The notes under the pieces are model-generated. The model searched no databases. It was given only the letters and a program-made list of their open reading frames with translations, and was not told where the DNA came from. DNA of 64,000 nucleotides from an uncultured Candidatus Saccharibacteria bacterium (GTDB lineage Bacteria > Patescibacteriota > Dojkabacteria > SC72). The translations under genes were made by a program, and so were the position numbers. Below are positions 30,398 through 40,492 of the stretch, piece by piece. Numbering within the stretch: the first letter of the stretch is position 1; every line of letters starts with the position of its first letter. The stretch lies in contig CAZUZI010000002.1 in assembly GCA_964625015.1 (NCBI GenBank), forward strand, positions 1,899 to 65,898, given 5' to 3'.

Positions 30398-30796
30398 TTA
30401 CTCAGACAGTAATTTCAACGTTTCCCGTAAGCTTTGTAGATGCATAGTTCTTGATATCCTAATGCCAATAGTTAGAAGTGAAGCCTCAGATGAACCTCGA
30501 GACCTCTCCATTTCATCAATTCTACTTTCAAGGAAATTAATAGCGCTCACTCGCAATGCTCTTCGTTTTGCATCATCAAAAGATTCCTTAGCTTCTCTAT
30601 ACCTTTCTCGATATGTGATAGAGGGTAATGTAATATCAATACTTGGCTCATCAAGAAGTCTTGGATCTTCTTCAATTACCTCGGCATATGTATTCAATTT
30701 CTCAGGGCTAAGTGGATTACCCTCGTCTAAGGTCTCTTTAAGTTCGTTTACCATCTCTTCATAGTCCTCTGTGCTTGTCTGTATCTGTTCTAACAT
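30398..30796 (-). CDS. Hypothetical acidic protein
   Basis: 132 aa, charged and protein-like. The overlapping plus-strand ORF 30462..30764 is Ser/Leu-rich antisense noise. Confidence 0.5.
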   Translation of the reverse strand: MLEQIQTSTEDYEEMVNELKETLDEGNPLSPEKLNTYAEVIEEDPRLLDEPSIDITLPSITYRERYREAKESFDDAKRRALRVSAINFLESRIDEMERSRGSSEASLLTIGIRISRTMHLQSLRETLKLLSE

Positions 30797-31081
30797 GTAT
30801 ATAGTTGTAATATATTAAATAGAAAAGCCCTCACATTAAAGTATATCCTACCATAGATACTCTCTAATGTAAGGGCGATTTACGCGATACCACCTTACTT
30901 CCCTAATATAGTATTAGGCTCATTACCCATTTTACAGTTGGGGTTCTGCGGATTCTACTTTCATTTTGATTTCTTTCCGTGTCTCCAAGGTGACTAACCT
31001 TGTATTAGCGACCCCCAATTATACCATTGCAAAATATATATACAAAGTAGTTTTGTTTAGATATGATATAATCTTTGAGTT

Positions 31082-32767
31082 ATGAATAGATTTTTTAAAA
31101 ATATGGAACTAAGACTTTGTACACTTTCAGGAACGGAAGAGGTAGGTAGAAACTGTAATTTTCTTGAATTCGGAGATGAGATAATTGTCATAGATGCTGG
31201 GTACTCATTCCCAGGACAAGAGATGTATGGTATCGATTACATGATACCTAATTTCAAGTACTTAACAAAAAACAAAAAGAAGGTAAAAGGGATATTAATC
31301 ACACATGGTCATTTAGATCATACTGGCTCTCTTAGATGGTTACTACCTGCACTAGACTTTCCTCCTGTATACGCTGGAGCTTTTGCGAAAGCATTAATAG
31401 AGGACAAATTAGAGGAACACAACTTAAAGAAGAGGACAAAGATATTTGGTGTTACAAGACATACAACAATGAATATAGGGAGAAATTTCAAGGCAACCTT
31501 CATTGGTATCAATCACAGTATCCCAGATGCATTTAGTATCTTTGTACAGACACCTAAAGGTAATGTCTTTTTCTCTGGTGACTACAAAATTGATACACAG
31601 CCAACAAGTGAGTTAGAGGCTGACTATGAGAAATTAAAATCACTTAGAGGTAGGGTTGACCTTGCATTAATGGAGAGTACAAATGCTAGCAAACCTGGTA
31701 AAGCTCCCTCTGAAACAGAGGTCTACGGTAACTTAGAAAAAGTTATAAATGGTACACAGGGTAGAGTAATTGTTGCTGCCTTCGCGTCTCTTCTTACAAG
31801 ACTTCACTCACTCTTTGAGATTGCAAAAAGAACAAACAGAAAGATTGTAATATCAGGAAGAAGTTTAGAACAAACGATATCAATAGCACATAACCAAGGA
31901 TACATACACATTCCAGAAAATATGATTATAAAGGAAAGAGATATACCAAAGTTCAGCGACAATCAGTTGATGATTCTTTGTACAGGTAGCCAGGCAGAGA
32001 GATTTGCAGCATTAAACAGAATCTCTCTAAATGAACATAAGTTCGTAAAGATAAAGAAGGGAGACCTTGTACTTATGTCTTCTTCGGAGATTCCTGAAAA
32101 CGTCTCTAATATCGAGAAAATGACTGATAGATTGATTGGCCTAGGTGCAGATCTTGTAAAAGATAGTATAGAAACAAAAATCCATTCTACTGGACACGGT
32201 AATCAGGAAGATATGAAGATTATGCACGATCTTGTTAGACCTAAAAAAGTTATGCCTATACACGGACCTCTAACTTTTAGATACTTTAACAAGAAGAATT
32301 ACATTGATTGGGGAATGAAAGAGGAAGATGTTTTACTCACTGGAGATGGGCAGGTATGGGTATACAATGGAAGGACATGGAACAGAACAAGACCTGTAGA
32401 ATCTAAACCAATATTGATAGATGGTCTTGGAGTAGGAGATACAGGAGATGTTGTACTTAAGGATAGGCAGCAATTGGCAGAGTACGGTATGTTTGTTGTA
32501 ATACTAAATCTTAGTAAGAAAAGTAAGGCTATGATTAGTAGGCCACAATTTGTATCTAGAGGTTTTGTATATATGAAGACTTCAAAAGAGATGCTTAGTG
32601 AGATTCAAACTATGATTAATGATACTCATAGGGATTGGTTACAGAAAGCACATAGGAGTAAAAAGTTTGAGATAAAGGAGCTTAAAGAAAGTATAGAGAA
32701 AACATTGAGCAAGTATATTTACAAAAAGACAGAGAGGGAACCCATTATATTGGTGGTTGTGATATAA
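31082..32767 (+). CDS. rnj: Ribonuclease J (metallo-beta-lactamase / beta-CASP)
   Basis: HGHLDHTG motif, beta-CASP region, 561 aa. Confidence 0.9.
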   Translation: MNRFFKNMELRLCTLSGTEEVGRNCNFLEFGDEIIVIDAGYSFPGQEMYGIDYMIPNFKYLTKNKKKVKGILITHGHLDHTGSLRWLLPALDFPPVYAGAFAKALIEDKLEEHNLKKRTKIFGVTRHTTMNIGRNFKATFIGINHSIPDAFSIFVQTPKGNVFFSGDYKIDTQPTSELEADYEKLKSLRGRVDLALMESTNASKPGKAPSETEVYGNLEKVINGTQGRVIVAAFASLLTRLHSLFEIAKRTNRKIVISGRSLEQTISIAHNQGYIHIPENMIIKERDIPKFSDNQLMILCTGSQAERFAALNRISLNEHKFVKIKKGDLVLMSSSEIPENVSNIEKMTDRLIGLGADLVKDSIETKIHSTGHGNQEDMKIMHDLVRPKKVMPIHGPLTFRYFNKKNYIDWGMKEEDVLLTGDGQVWVYNGRTWNRTRPVESKPILIDGLGVGDTGDVVLKDRQQLAEYGMFVVILNLSKKSKAMISRPQFVSRGFVYMKTSKEMLSEIQTMINDTHRDWLQKAHRSKKFEIKELKESIEKTLSKYIYKKTEREPIILVVVI

Positions 32768-32776
32768 TTTCACAAG

Positions 32777-34030
32777 ATGATTAAACTGCCATTTACGAAA
32801 TCTCAAATAAACCTTTTAGACGGTAAGAATTCCGTTGTAGCACTTGATATTGGTACCGAAAGTGTTAAGAGTTTGCTCTTCACTATGGACGAGGGAGGAG
32901 TATATGTAAATAGAGTGTCTAGAATTCAGCAGCAACAACATGCGATGAGGAGTGGGATAATCACCAACCTTGATACAGTTCTAGAAAACTGCAGGCTTTC
33001 TCTTACAGAACTTTTTAGTACATTAAAAGAGGAAGAGTATCCAAAGAAAGTGATAATGGGTATTGCTGGTGAATATATACAGGGTGTATCAATTGTTGTT
33101 AACTATCACAGAGAAGAGAATTTCGAAAAAGAGGTTACAAAAAAGGAACAGGAGAGAATAATATCACAGGTAAAAGGGCAGATTATCGTTGATGGGAAAG
33201 GGGATTTAAGTCAGAGAACAGGACTTCGCAATGAGGATATTGAGATATTACATATTACTCCAACAGGTTTAGAAATAGGAGGTATGCCTGTAAATACATT
33301 AATTGGATATAAAGGTAGAGATGTAAGATTACATTTCTATGCATCTTTTGCTCCAAAGACGTACACTGAAGCATTAAAAAAAGTTGCTAATTCTCTTGAT
33401 CTTGAGGTTATCAGTATTGTTTCTCAACCATTCGCAGTAGCCAGAGCTCACTCTGGTATAGAGAATCCTACATTCTCTGCAATATTCTTAGATATTGGTG
33501 GCGGTACAACAGATGTTGCAGTTGTAAAGGATGGAAATATTGTAGAGACACAGATGTTTGCATTCGGTGGGAGGGTATTTACAAAAGAATTGGCAAATTT
33601 AACAGATTCAGATTTTAGACATGCAGAAGAAAGAAAGAAGAAATATGCAAACAAAGAGTTAACAAAGGAGGTTTCGAGAAAGGTTCAGAAGGTTATGTAT
33701 TCTACAGCAAATCTTTGGATGAGAACACTTAAGGTTGCATTGGAGAGTGCTGAGGATGTAGAGGTATTTCCTTCTCAAATATATCTCTGTGGCGGGGGTT
33801 CTTTACTGCCTGATATAAAAGAGGTTATGTTGGAATTTCCATGGAAGAAGTTTTTACCTTTTGCTGTTGTTCCAAAAATTGAAATGTTTACACCTAGTCA
33901 ACTGAAGGGGGTGAGAGACAATAGTGGACAGCTACAGAATGTATACGATATTACACCTGCTTCATTAGCAAAGTTTGTATATGATATGGAAATTGATAGA
34001 TTAAAATATGATATAAATTGGGAAGCTTAA
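32777..34030 (+). CDS. Actin-like ATPase of the FtsA/PilM family (length favours FtsA)
   Basis: VVALDIGTESVK phosphate-1 motif and FLDIGGGTTDVAVV phosphate-2 motif; 417 aa. Confidence 0.65.
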   Translation: MIKLPFTKSQINLLDGKNSVVALDIGTESVKSLLFTMDEGGVYVNRVSRIQQQQHAMRSGIITNLDTVLENCRLSLTELFSTLKEEEYPKKVIMGIAGEYIQGVSIVVNYHREENFEKEVTKKEQERIISQVKGQIIVDGKGDLSQRTGLRNEDIEILHITPTGLEIGGMPVNTLIGYKGRDVRLHFYASFAPKTYTEALKKVANSLDLEVISIVSQPFAVARAHSGIENPTFSAIFLDIGGGTTDVAVVKDGNIVETQMFAFGGRVFTKELANLTDSDFRHAEERKKKYANKELTKEVSRKVQKVMYSTANLWMRTLKVALESAEDVEVFPSQIYLCGGGSLLPDIKEVMLEFPWKKFLPFAVVPKIEMFTPSQLKGVRDNSGQLQNVYDITPASLAKFVYDMEIDRLKYDINWEA

Positions 34031-35850
34031 ATCTCATGGCAAAAGAAAACAATGTAAAAAAGATAGTCGTTGAAAGCTCTCATGAATTAACAGATGTTGT
34101 TCGTGAGATTCATGCTGCCAAAGAGGATAGGGTCGTACTTACATTTACAGATCACTCTGATTTGCTAATTAGTCCTGTCAATTTAAAAGTTTTAAAAGAG
34201 GTTGCAAAAAAAGGAAACAAACTCCTTATTTCACAAATAATTCAAAATCCTACAGGTGTTAGGAATAGCATATTAGCTGGTATTAAGGTTGTTGAGACAC
34301 CATCTCTTCCAACTGAAGATGATTGGACAGAGGTGGAAAAAGAGAATGAACTAAAGAGCAAAGAGGGTAGACATACGAATCCTCCTGTTGCAGAAGAACC
34401 AATAAAGAAATCCACTTTTGAAGAGAGGGTTGATAGTGCTATTAGTAAATCAAGAGAAGAGAGATATGTTCCAAAGAAGGTTCAAAATGACCCATCCTTT
34501 ATTTCAATAGATGAGGATTTGCCTGTACATCAAGAGAATGATATCGCAGGTAGAGATTTTTCTTCTATACAAAGAGATGTACCTACCGTAGATAGAAGGA
34601 TGAAGAATTCTACGCCTAGAGAGGGTCTATTCTCTAAATTAAAAAACTTTAATTTTAAGAGTAAGAAAGCAGTAAGAATTTTTGTAATTGCACTCATAGC
34701 ACTTATTGTTCTTCCTGTTGCTGGATTTGCAGTGTATAACCAGATGGCACCAATAGCAAAGGTTAGAATATTTGTTGAGGCTAAGAGTGTAGATATAGAG
34801 AGAACTTTTACCGGTGATCCTAATATAAAAGAGATTGATTTTGATAATTTAAGAATCCCTATTAAGACAGAGGAGATTTCTGAATCTCTTTCAGATACGG
34901 TTACTCCAACAGGAAAAGCATATAAAGGGGAAAAGGCACAAGGCTCTATTACAATTACATACTGGAAGGGAACTTCATGTTCAGATGCAACACCAAAAGC
35001 AACTTTAGGTGCTGGACATACTCTTACAACAGGTAATAAGTCATACAAAACTACTTCTGCTGTAGAGATTACATGTAATAGTATGGCAACATTAAATGTT
35101 GTTGCTGCTGATATTGGTGAAGAATTTAATATAGCTGCTAGCCAACCTTTCTCAGTTGCTGGGTATGGGTCAAGTGAGGTATACGGTTTAAATTCTGCAG
35201 CATTTACTGGTGGTTCTAAGCAGGAATATACAGTTCTTTCTCAACAGGATGTAGATAGTGCAATAGAGAGGATTAGTAGTACTTCTATAGAAGAGATCAA
35301 ATCTGATCTAAGAGACAGTGATACTAATTGGGAGATAATAGAGAATAGTATAAAGAGTGAGGTTGATAAATCTAGTATTAAGACTGATAAAAAAGTGGGA
35401 GAAGAGGCTTCTGTTGTTAATTTGGATATTACAATTAAAGGTACTGCTACATATTACTCAACAAAGAACTTAAATGAGGGATTAACAGATCTTTTAAGAC
35501 AGGAGGCACAGGAGAAAGATTTGTTTAAAAATGATAGTGGTTTGGAATTAGCTCTAGGAGATAGTATCGAGAAAAAGCTAACTGTTAATGATGCTGTTAA
35601 GGACAAGGTAGAGATTAAACTTGAGGCTAAATCCTCTGTAAGACCAAAGATAAACAAGGGTGATATTGAGAGTAAATTACAGGGTATGAGCTGGAAAGAG
35701 GGCAATGAATATTCACAGAGCTTGGTCTTCTCTGACCAGAAGACAGAGGTTGAATTCATTCCTTCTGGTTATCCTGAATTCTTAAAGAGATTTCCTAATC
35801 GTAGGGGTGGGGTACTTGTATCAGTAGTAGAGATTGAAATCAAGGAATAA
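34018..35850 (+). CDS. Hypothetical bitopic membrane protein (about 230-aa cytoplasmic N-domain, TM helix, about 360-aa extracytoplasmic domain)
   Basis: 610 aa with a TM helix at RIFVIALIALIVLPVAGFAV. The alternative start at ATG 34036 (MAKENN) avoids overlap with the upstream gene. Confidence 0.55.
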   Translation: MGSLNLMAKENNVKKIVVESSHELTDVVREIHAAKEDRVVLTFTDHSDLLISPVNLKVLKEVAKKGNKLLISQIIQNPTGVRNSILAGIKVVETPSLPTEDDWTEVEKENELKSKEGRHTNPPVAEEPIKKSTFEERVDSAISKSREERYVPKKVQNDPSFISIDEDLPVHQENDIAGRDFSSIQRDVPTVDRRMKNSTPREGLFSKLKNFNFKSKKAVRIFVIALIALIVLPVAGFAVYNQMAPIAKVRIFVEAKSVDIERTFTGDPNIKEIDFDNLRIPIKTEEISESLSDTVTPTGKAYKGEKAQGSITITYWKGTSCSDATPKATLGAGHTLTTGNKSYKTTSAVEITCNSMATLNVVAADIGEEFNIAASQPFSVAGYGSSEVYGLNSAAFTGGSKQEYTVLSQQDVDSAIERISSTSIEEIKSDLRDSDTNWEIIENSIKSEVDKSSIKTDKKVGEEASVVNLDITIKGTATYYSTKNLNEGLTDLLRQEAQEKDLFKNDSGLELALGDSIEKKLTVNDAVKDKVEIKLEAKSSVRPKINKGDIESKLQGMSWKEGNEYSQSLVFSDQKTEVEFIPSGYPEFLKRFPNRRGGVLVSVVEIEIKE

Positions 35851-35894
35851 AGGCTTTCTTTTAAATCAAAATACTGATAGAATTGCGTGTTTAT

Positions 35895-35971
35895 GTGCCC
35901 GTAGCTCAATAGGATAGAGCAATTGCCTTCTAAGCAGTAGGTTGTCGGTTCGATTCCGGCCGGGCACGCCA
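35895..35971 (+). tRNA. tRNA-Arg (anticodon TCT)
   Basis: Folded by hand as a cloverleaf: acceptor gtgcccg/cgggcac, anticodon loop cttctaa, T-loop ttcgatt, encoded CCA. Confidence 0.85.
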
Positions 35972-35976
35972 GTTTG

Positions 35977-36063
35977 GGAGAGATGCCTGAGTGGTCGAAA
36001 GGACACGCTTGGAGAGCGTGCGTATACGAAAGTGTACCATGGGTTCGAATCCCATTCTCTCCG
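35977..36063 (+). tRNA. tRNA-Ser (anticodon GGA), class II with a long variable arm
   Basis: Acceptor ggagaga/tctctcc, anticodon loop ttggaga, long variable arm, T-arm atggg-ttcgaat-cccat. Confidence 0.85.
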
Positions 36064-36159
36064 TTTTATCACCTTTTAATACTTCATATATATATTTATT
36101 CAGATACTATAAGCTGAGAGAGGGAATGAGGTATAAGATTTCTGGTGATATAATAGGCA

Positions 36160-36732
36160 ATGCTAGATGTAATTGGTATTTTGTACTTAACACTTTCAAC
36201 TTTATATTTACTTGGTAGTTTCCCTATCCATATTTTTGAATTTATGGATTTAAGAGTAGGGTATGCGATTAGTGACTATGCACATGTATTTGAAGTTGGA
36301 GGATATTTTAGTTTCTCCACTATTGTTGCAGGGCTACTGTGTGGTTTAGATGCTATTACAAATCCAAAATACAAAAGGGTAAAGAAGTGGATATACAATT
36401 TACATGCAGTTAGTGCTTTTTCAATAATAGGGGTAGGGTTATTTCCTCTAACTGGAGCGGTTATAGATCTTAATAGGGTTATTCATTGGATTTCAGCCAT
36501 TACATTCTTTTTAGTATATCCTTTAGTAAGACTATTCATATTGAAAACATTCAGCAGGAAGAACTTCTATAAAGTGGGGAGTGTATATCTTGGCTTAAAC
36601 ATCTTTGCCTTAGCGACATACATATACGGTGATTTAAAATATGTAGCATATCCTGAATATTTAATGTGGTTAGCATTAATGATCTCCATTATTCTAAGTC
36701 AGATAGTAATATCAGGAAGGAAAAAAGGATAG
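36160..36732 (+). CDS. Hypothetical polytopic membrane protein
   Basis: 190 aa with about 5 predicted TM helices. Confidence 0.5.
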   Translation: MLDVIGILYLTLSTLYLLGSFPIHIFEFMDLRVGYAISDYAHVFEVGGYFSFSTIVAGLLCGLDAITNPKYKRVKKWIYNLHAVSAFSIIGVGLFPLTGAVIDLNRVIHWISAITFFLVYPLVRLFILKTFSRKNFYKVGSVYLGLNIFALATYIYGDLKYVAYPEYLMWLALMISIILSQIVISGRKKG

Positions 36733-38032
36733 CGTTTCCTTGTGGTAGAGAAAATAGATAGTGGTCAAATATTCCAATTACTATAATACTGATTAGTACT
36801 AATACTCTTACAGTATTTAGCTTTAATCCTCGTATGAAGAACCTATACATTACATATATATAATATGTACCTATGAAGACTCCTTGTTCTACCCAATTGA
36901 GTATAAAGATATTGTGTACTGGCTGTAGAAGCAGTGTTCCTCCTTCTGTGAATGGTATATTGTCTGAGTAATGTTTAATAGAGTTACCAAGACCAACACC
37001 AAGAATATTTTCTTTTAGAATTGAGAGGTTTAGCTTAAGAAGTTTTAATCTATCACTCCAGCTGCTATCTTCACCATTGAATATATTTAAGAATCTGTAA
37101 AAGAGTAAAGATGATATAGAATATATATGTTTTGACTTCAAGAAGTATTTGAATAGTAATATTAATACACAAACAGAAAGAAGAATGATACTTACTCTTG
37201 AGAAAGTGAATAGGGTAAAGATGAATATAAAGAAGATATTTAGGATATATATTTTTTCTTTTGTTTTTCTATACATATATATACAGATAAAAAACATTAG
37301 AAGAAACCATCCTGCAAGAATATTAGGGTGAGGGAATGTTCCATATGCTCTTAGATAGCTTTCACCATATACATCTATATAACTAGAACCAAACATTCCA
37401 CTAACTACTTTTGATTCTCCTAGAAAATACAAACCTAGTGAACTACCTCTTAAAAATTGTAAGATCCCAAGAACACCTTGTAAAAGAATACTACTTGTAA
37501 CAAGAGTTTTTACATATATATTTCGTAACAGGGTAGACTCTTTAACAAGAGATTTGAGAAGTAAGATAGAGGTAAATAGGTAAACACACATACGAATAGA
37601 AAGAAGCAGTGTTAAGAGATTGTGAACAAAAAGATTCTGTACAATGACTAGAACAAAATATATCAAAAGATATCTATCTAATAGTAACTTTTTAAATAGG
37701 TTACCATCCTCTATAAAGATTTGAATAAGTAGAATTCCAACAAATACATCAAGTATGGAAATAGTTGGTAGTAAGTAGTTAACAAAAAATCCTGCTACAT
37801 ACTGATTAGCATATAGATTAATCTGTAATGTTATATTAAAAGGTAAGAGAAAAAAAACAAAGAGTATACTGTATTTATAGCTTTTTGTTTTTAAAGCTAT
37901 TACAAGCCACAATGTAAGAATGAAAAGAAGAAAAATCCCTTTATACAAATCTTCTGTACAGAGATAAACAGATGTAAAAAAAAGAGGTATATACAAAAAG
38001 ACAGGGTAAAAACTTCTTAAAAAAGATTTCAT
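36689..38032 (-). CDS. O-antigen ligase / polymerase-like membrane protein (Wzy_C-like)
   Basis: 447 aa with at least 10 TM helices. The periplasmic loop motif YGTFPHPNILAGWF resembles the O-antigen ligase H-N-x-x-L signature. Confidence 0.55.
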   Translation of the reverse strand: MKSFLRSFYPVFLYIPLFFTSVYLCTEDLYKGIFLLFILTLWLVIALKTKSYKYSILFVFFLLPFNITLQINLYANQYVAGFFVNYLLPTISILDVFVGILLIQIFIEDGNLFKKLLLDRYLLIYFVLVIVQNLFVHNLLTLLLSIRMCVYLFTSILLLKSLVKESTLLRNIYVKTLVTSSILLQGVLGILQFLRGSSLGLYFLGESKVVSGMFGSSYIDVYGESYLRAYGTFPHPNILAGWFLLMFFICIYMYRKTKEKIYILNIFFIFIFTLFTFSRVSIILLSVCVLILLFKYFLKSKHIYSISSLLFYRFLNIFNGEDSSWSDRLKLLKLNLSILKENILGVGLGNSIKHYSDNIPFTEGGTLLLQPVHNIFILNWVEQGVFIGTYYIYVMYRFFIRGLKLNTVRVLVLISIIVIGIFDHYLFSLPQGNAILFSFLILLSDLE

Positions 38033-38056
38033 ACAAATATATTAGCAAAGAATACA

Positions 38057-38575
38057 CTATTCCTCACTCTCTTCTTCTGCTTCTTCTGTTGAATTTTCGA
38101 ATATTTCTGTATCGTTTACAGGAATGATTCGAATATGCCTATCTCTATCCTCCCCAATACTTTCTGTCTTTATATCATCGAATTTCTCTAAAACAATATG
38201 TACAACTCTTCTATCAGATGCTTTCATAGGTGGAAGATCAACTGGTTCTCCCAATATTCTTGCATCATCTGCTTTCTGCATTGCGAATTTCTCTAACTTC
38301 TCATCTCTCTCTTTTCTATAGTCACAAACATCTAAAAGTATTCTATATTCACTCTCATCCCCAAACTCTTTTCTTAGCATTAAAGAAAGTACATATTGAA
38401 GTGAATCTAGATGTTTTCCATGACCACCAATTAAATATCCAAGGTTTTCACCTTTAAATGATACCTTGATATATTTTGTATCAGATATTTTCTCTTCTTC
38501 TATATCATACTCAGCCTCTATACCCATGAGCTTTAGCAGAGTGTCTAACTGTTCTTTTACTTTATCTTCCATCAA
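38057..38575 (-). CDS. khpB: RNA-binding protein KhpB/Jag (KH + R3H domains)
   Basis: KH GxxG (LGYLIGGHGKHL) and an R3H-like segment (ASDRRVVH). Lies downstream of yidC as in the classical jag locus. Confidence 0.8.
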   Translation of the reverse strand: MMEDKVKEQLDTLLKLMGIEAEYDIEEEKISDTKYIKVSFKGENLGYLIGGHGKHLDSLQYVLSLMLRKEFGDESEYRILLDVCDYRKERDEKLEKFAMQKADDARILGEPVDLPPMKASDRRVVHIVLEKFDDIKTESIGEDRDRHIRIIPVNDTEIFENSTEEAEEESEE

Positions 38576-38585
38576 TATATTATAT

Positions 38586-39434
38586 TTAATTTATTTCTTT
38601 CTTTTTTAGAATTTCATTCCATAAATTTTGAACACCCTTTTTTGCTTTATCAAAATCAAGAGTCATATATTGAACAATTAAGAGTGCAGATTGAATCATC
38701 CAATACCAACCTAATGCTGCAGGATAACTAATTGTAAAAAATACTGTCATAAGGGGGAATATAAACATCATAGATTTTTGCATTTGAGCCTGCATTGCTT
38801 CTGTTGAGACCTCTTCTTTCTTTTTGCTACTCTTTTTTGGAGTAGAAGTAGCAGACTGCATTTTTTGGGTAAATACAGTTGTTAGATACTGTACAATTCC
38901 TACTAAGACTGCAAGTCCAAGATATGGTAGGCTTTCAATTGCAAATCTTCCGAATTCAGATGAAACTGAGTTATATGATTTTGTTAAATCCCAGAAGAGG
39001 AAATTTGGGTTAATTATATATCCATTCTGTATATCAACAAGATCTCTTACCCATGTATATAGACCATCAAGATTACTTACCGTTACAGCCCTGATTACAC
39101 CTATTAAAACAGAGAGTACTACTAATTGAGGTATAAAGGTACCTAAACAGCCGAGTGGGTTATACCCCATCCTTTGATAGAGCTTAACCTGTTCCTGTGA
39201 GAGCTTCTCTTTGTTGTTTGCATATTGCTTCTGTAGTTTCTCCAGCTCAGGTCTCATATTTGCCATCTTCTTGGTCATTTCTGTCTGCCTTCTAGTAAGA
39301 GGTATAAGTGCAAGTCTAACAATTAATGCTATTGCTAATATTGCTAAACCTAAGTTATCACCAAGATAGTGATAAAGAAGTACAACTGTATTTAATACTG
39401 GGTTGAAAAAAATTGTGTTCCAAATATTTGCCAT
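38586..39434 (-). CDS. yidC: Membrane protein insertase YidC/Oxa1 (short form)
   Basis: 282 aa with five TM helices, conserved LALIPLTRRQ... and a basic C-terminus. Confidence 0.9.
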   Translation of the reverse strand: MANIWNTIFFNPVLNTVVLLYHYLGDNLGLAILAIALIVRLALIPLTRRQTEMTKKMANMRPELEKLQKQYANNKEKLSQEQVKLYQRMGYNPLGCLGTFIPQLVVLSVLIGVIRAVTVSNLDGLYTWVRDLVDIQNGYIINPNFLFWDLTKSYNSVSSEFGRFAIESLPYLGLAVLVGIVQYLTTVFTQKMQSATSTPKKSSKKKEEVSTEAMQAQMQKSMMFIFPLMTVFFTISYPAALGWYWMIQSALLIVQYMTLDFDKAKKGVQNLWNEILKKKEIN

Positions 39435-39482
39435 ATATACAAAGAATAATTAAACGAAATCTGTTGCATTATACATTAAAAT

Positions 39483-39782
39483 TTACTTTTCAGGTACAGA
39501 ATCATAGATGTCAGAGGTATTCCAAGGATTACACCTTACTACTCTTTTTAACAAAAGATAGTTACCTCTTAAAAGACCAAACCTTTTTACACACTCATAA
39601 CCATATACAGAACATGTTGGAATATGTTTACATGATCTACTGTTTGGGAATATTTTTCCTAAATATCCATAATCTAATGAGAGTGTTTTTTGATATCCCT
39701 TTATTAGTAAAAGCTCTATATTTTTAAACACGTTCAAAAGCTTCTTTAAGTTGTCGACTGTATTCCTTTTTAAGTTCTTCAT
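39483..39782 (-). CDS. yidD: Membrane protein insertion efficiency factor YidD
   Basis: CKHIPTCSVYGYECVKRFG matches the YidD C.F.PSCS.Y signature. Confidence 0.8.
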   Translation of the reverse strand: MKNLKRNTVDNLKKLLNVFKNIELLLIKGYQKTLSLDYGYLGKIFPNSRSCKHIPTCSVYGYECVKRFGLLRGNYLLLKRVVRCNPWNTSDIYDSVPEK

Positions 39783-40059
39783 ACTTATCTATATACTTAA
39801 ATGCAATATATTGACAACCGAGACCTTTTTCAAGAGTAAACTCTTTTATACATTCATATGTAATATTTCTAAGAAGTCTAGTCATGTGATGTCTTTGTAC
39901 CGAATTCCCTATTTTTTTACTTACTACAAATGCAAACTTTGGATTCTCTATTTCAAACTGCTTTACAACGAGCATACCGTACTCTCCACGAAATTTTCTA
40001 CCCTCCTTATATATTTGAGGGATATACTTTGCATCTAATCTGTATTTCTTGGAAAGCAT
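39724..40059 (-). CDS. rnpA: Ribonuclease P protein component
   Basis: Basic 111-aa protein (VVSKKIGNSVQRHHMTRLLR RNR-like motif), located between rpmH and yidD. Confidence 0.85.
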   Translation of the reverse strand: MLSKKYRLDAKYIPQIYKEGRKFRGEYGMLVVKQFEIENPKFAFVVSKKIGNSVQRHHMTRLLRNITYECIKEFTLEKGLGCQYIAFKYIDKYEELKKEYSRQLKEAFERV

Positions 40060-40072
40060 ACTTAAGTATACA

Positions 40073-40255
40073 CTACCTAATTCTTGATGTTGGCTTTTTT
40101 CTCAAAAGCTTATACTCACTTGAAACAGAGAGGCTTTTTCTACCTTTCTGCCTTCTTCTACTGAGCACAGCTTTTCCATCAGATGTCTTGTTCCTTGCTC
40201 TGAAACCAAATTTCTTTATTCTTTTTAGATTTTTTGGCTGATATGTTCTTTTCAT
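40073..40255 (-). CDS. rpmH: 50S ribosomal protein L34
   Basis: [44 protein letters not shown] matches L34 (MKRTYQPS...HGFRARM.T.NGR.VL.RRR.KGR..L.V). Confidence 0.88.
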   Translation of the reverse strand: MKRTYQPKNLKRIKKFGFRARNKTSDGKAVLSRRRQKGRKSLSVSSEYKLLRKKPTSRIR

Positions 40256-40492
40256 AAACGAGGATATTATATATTACCTTAATATATATGGCAAATATTT
40301 ATTAAAAGAGATACGTCTACAAATCTTAGATAAATAATTACGTTTAAGGAAGCCTTTGTACAAAAGCTTTTAATCGTGTATTTATTTCCTTATCCACATT
40401 TCCTTGAAAATGAATATAATAGGGTATCAGTCCCAATCGACCATAGTACTGCCCCTCAACTGCCTTATATATGTATATATACTTTTGTAAGT
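40256..40492. promoter_or_regulatory. rpmH-dnaA divergent control region with a consensus DnaA box (TTATCCACA at 40390..40398); upstream half of a bipartite oriC
   Basis: Perfect DnaA box seen directly. It falls inside the long-ORF prediction for dnaA, arguing for the internal ATG at 40493 as the true start. Confidence 0.55.

Noticed and set aside
30797-31081. Identification of the rnj-upstream spacer as RNase P RNA or SRP RNA
   Set aside because: The conserved CR-I/CR-IV (RNase P) and GGAAGCAGC (SRP) motifs were not found, and the spacer is too short for RNase P RNA. It is kept only as an unclassified sRNA candidate in the findings.
35866-36218. ORFs 35866..36072 (-) and 35991..36218 (+)
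   Set aside because: They overlap the tRNA-Arg and tRNA-Ser genes; their translations contain tRNA-derived strings such as RTRLESVRIR.
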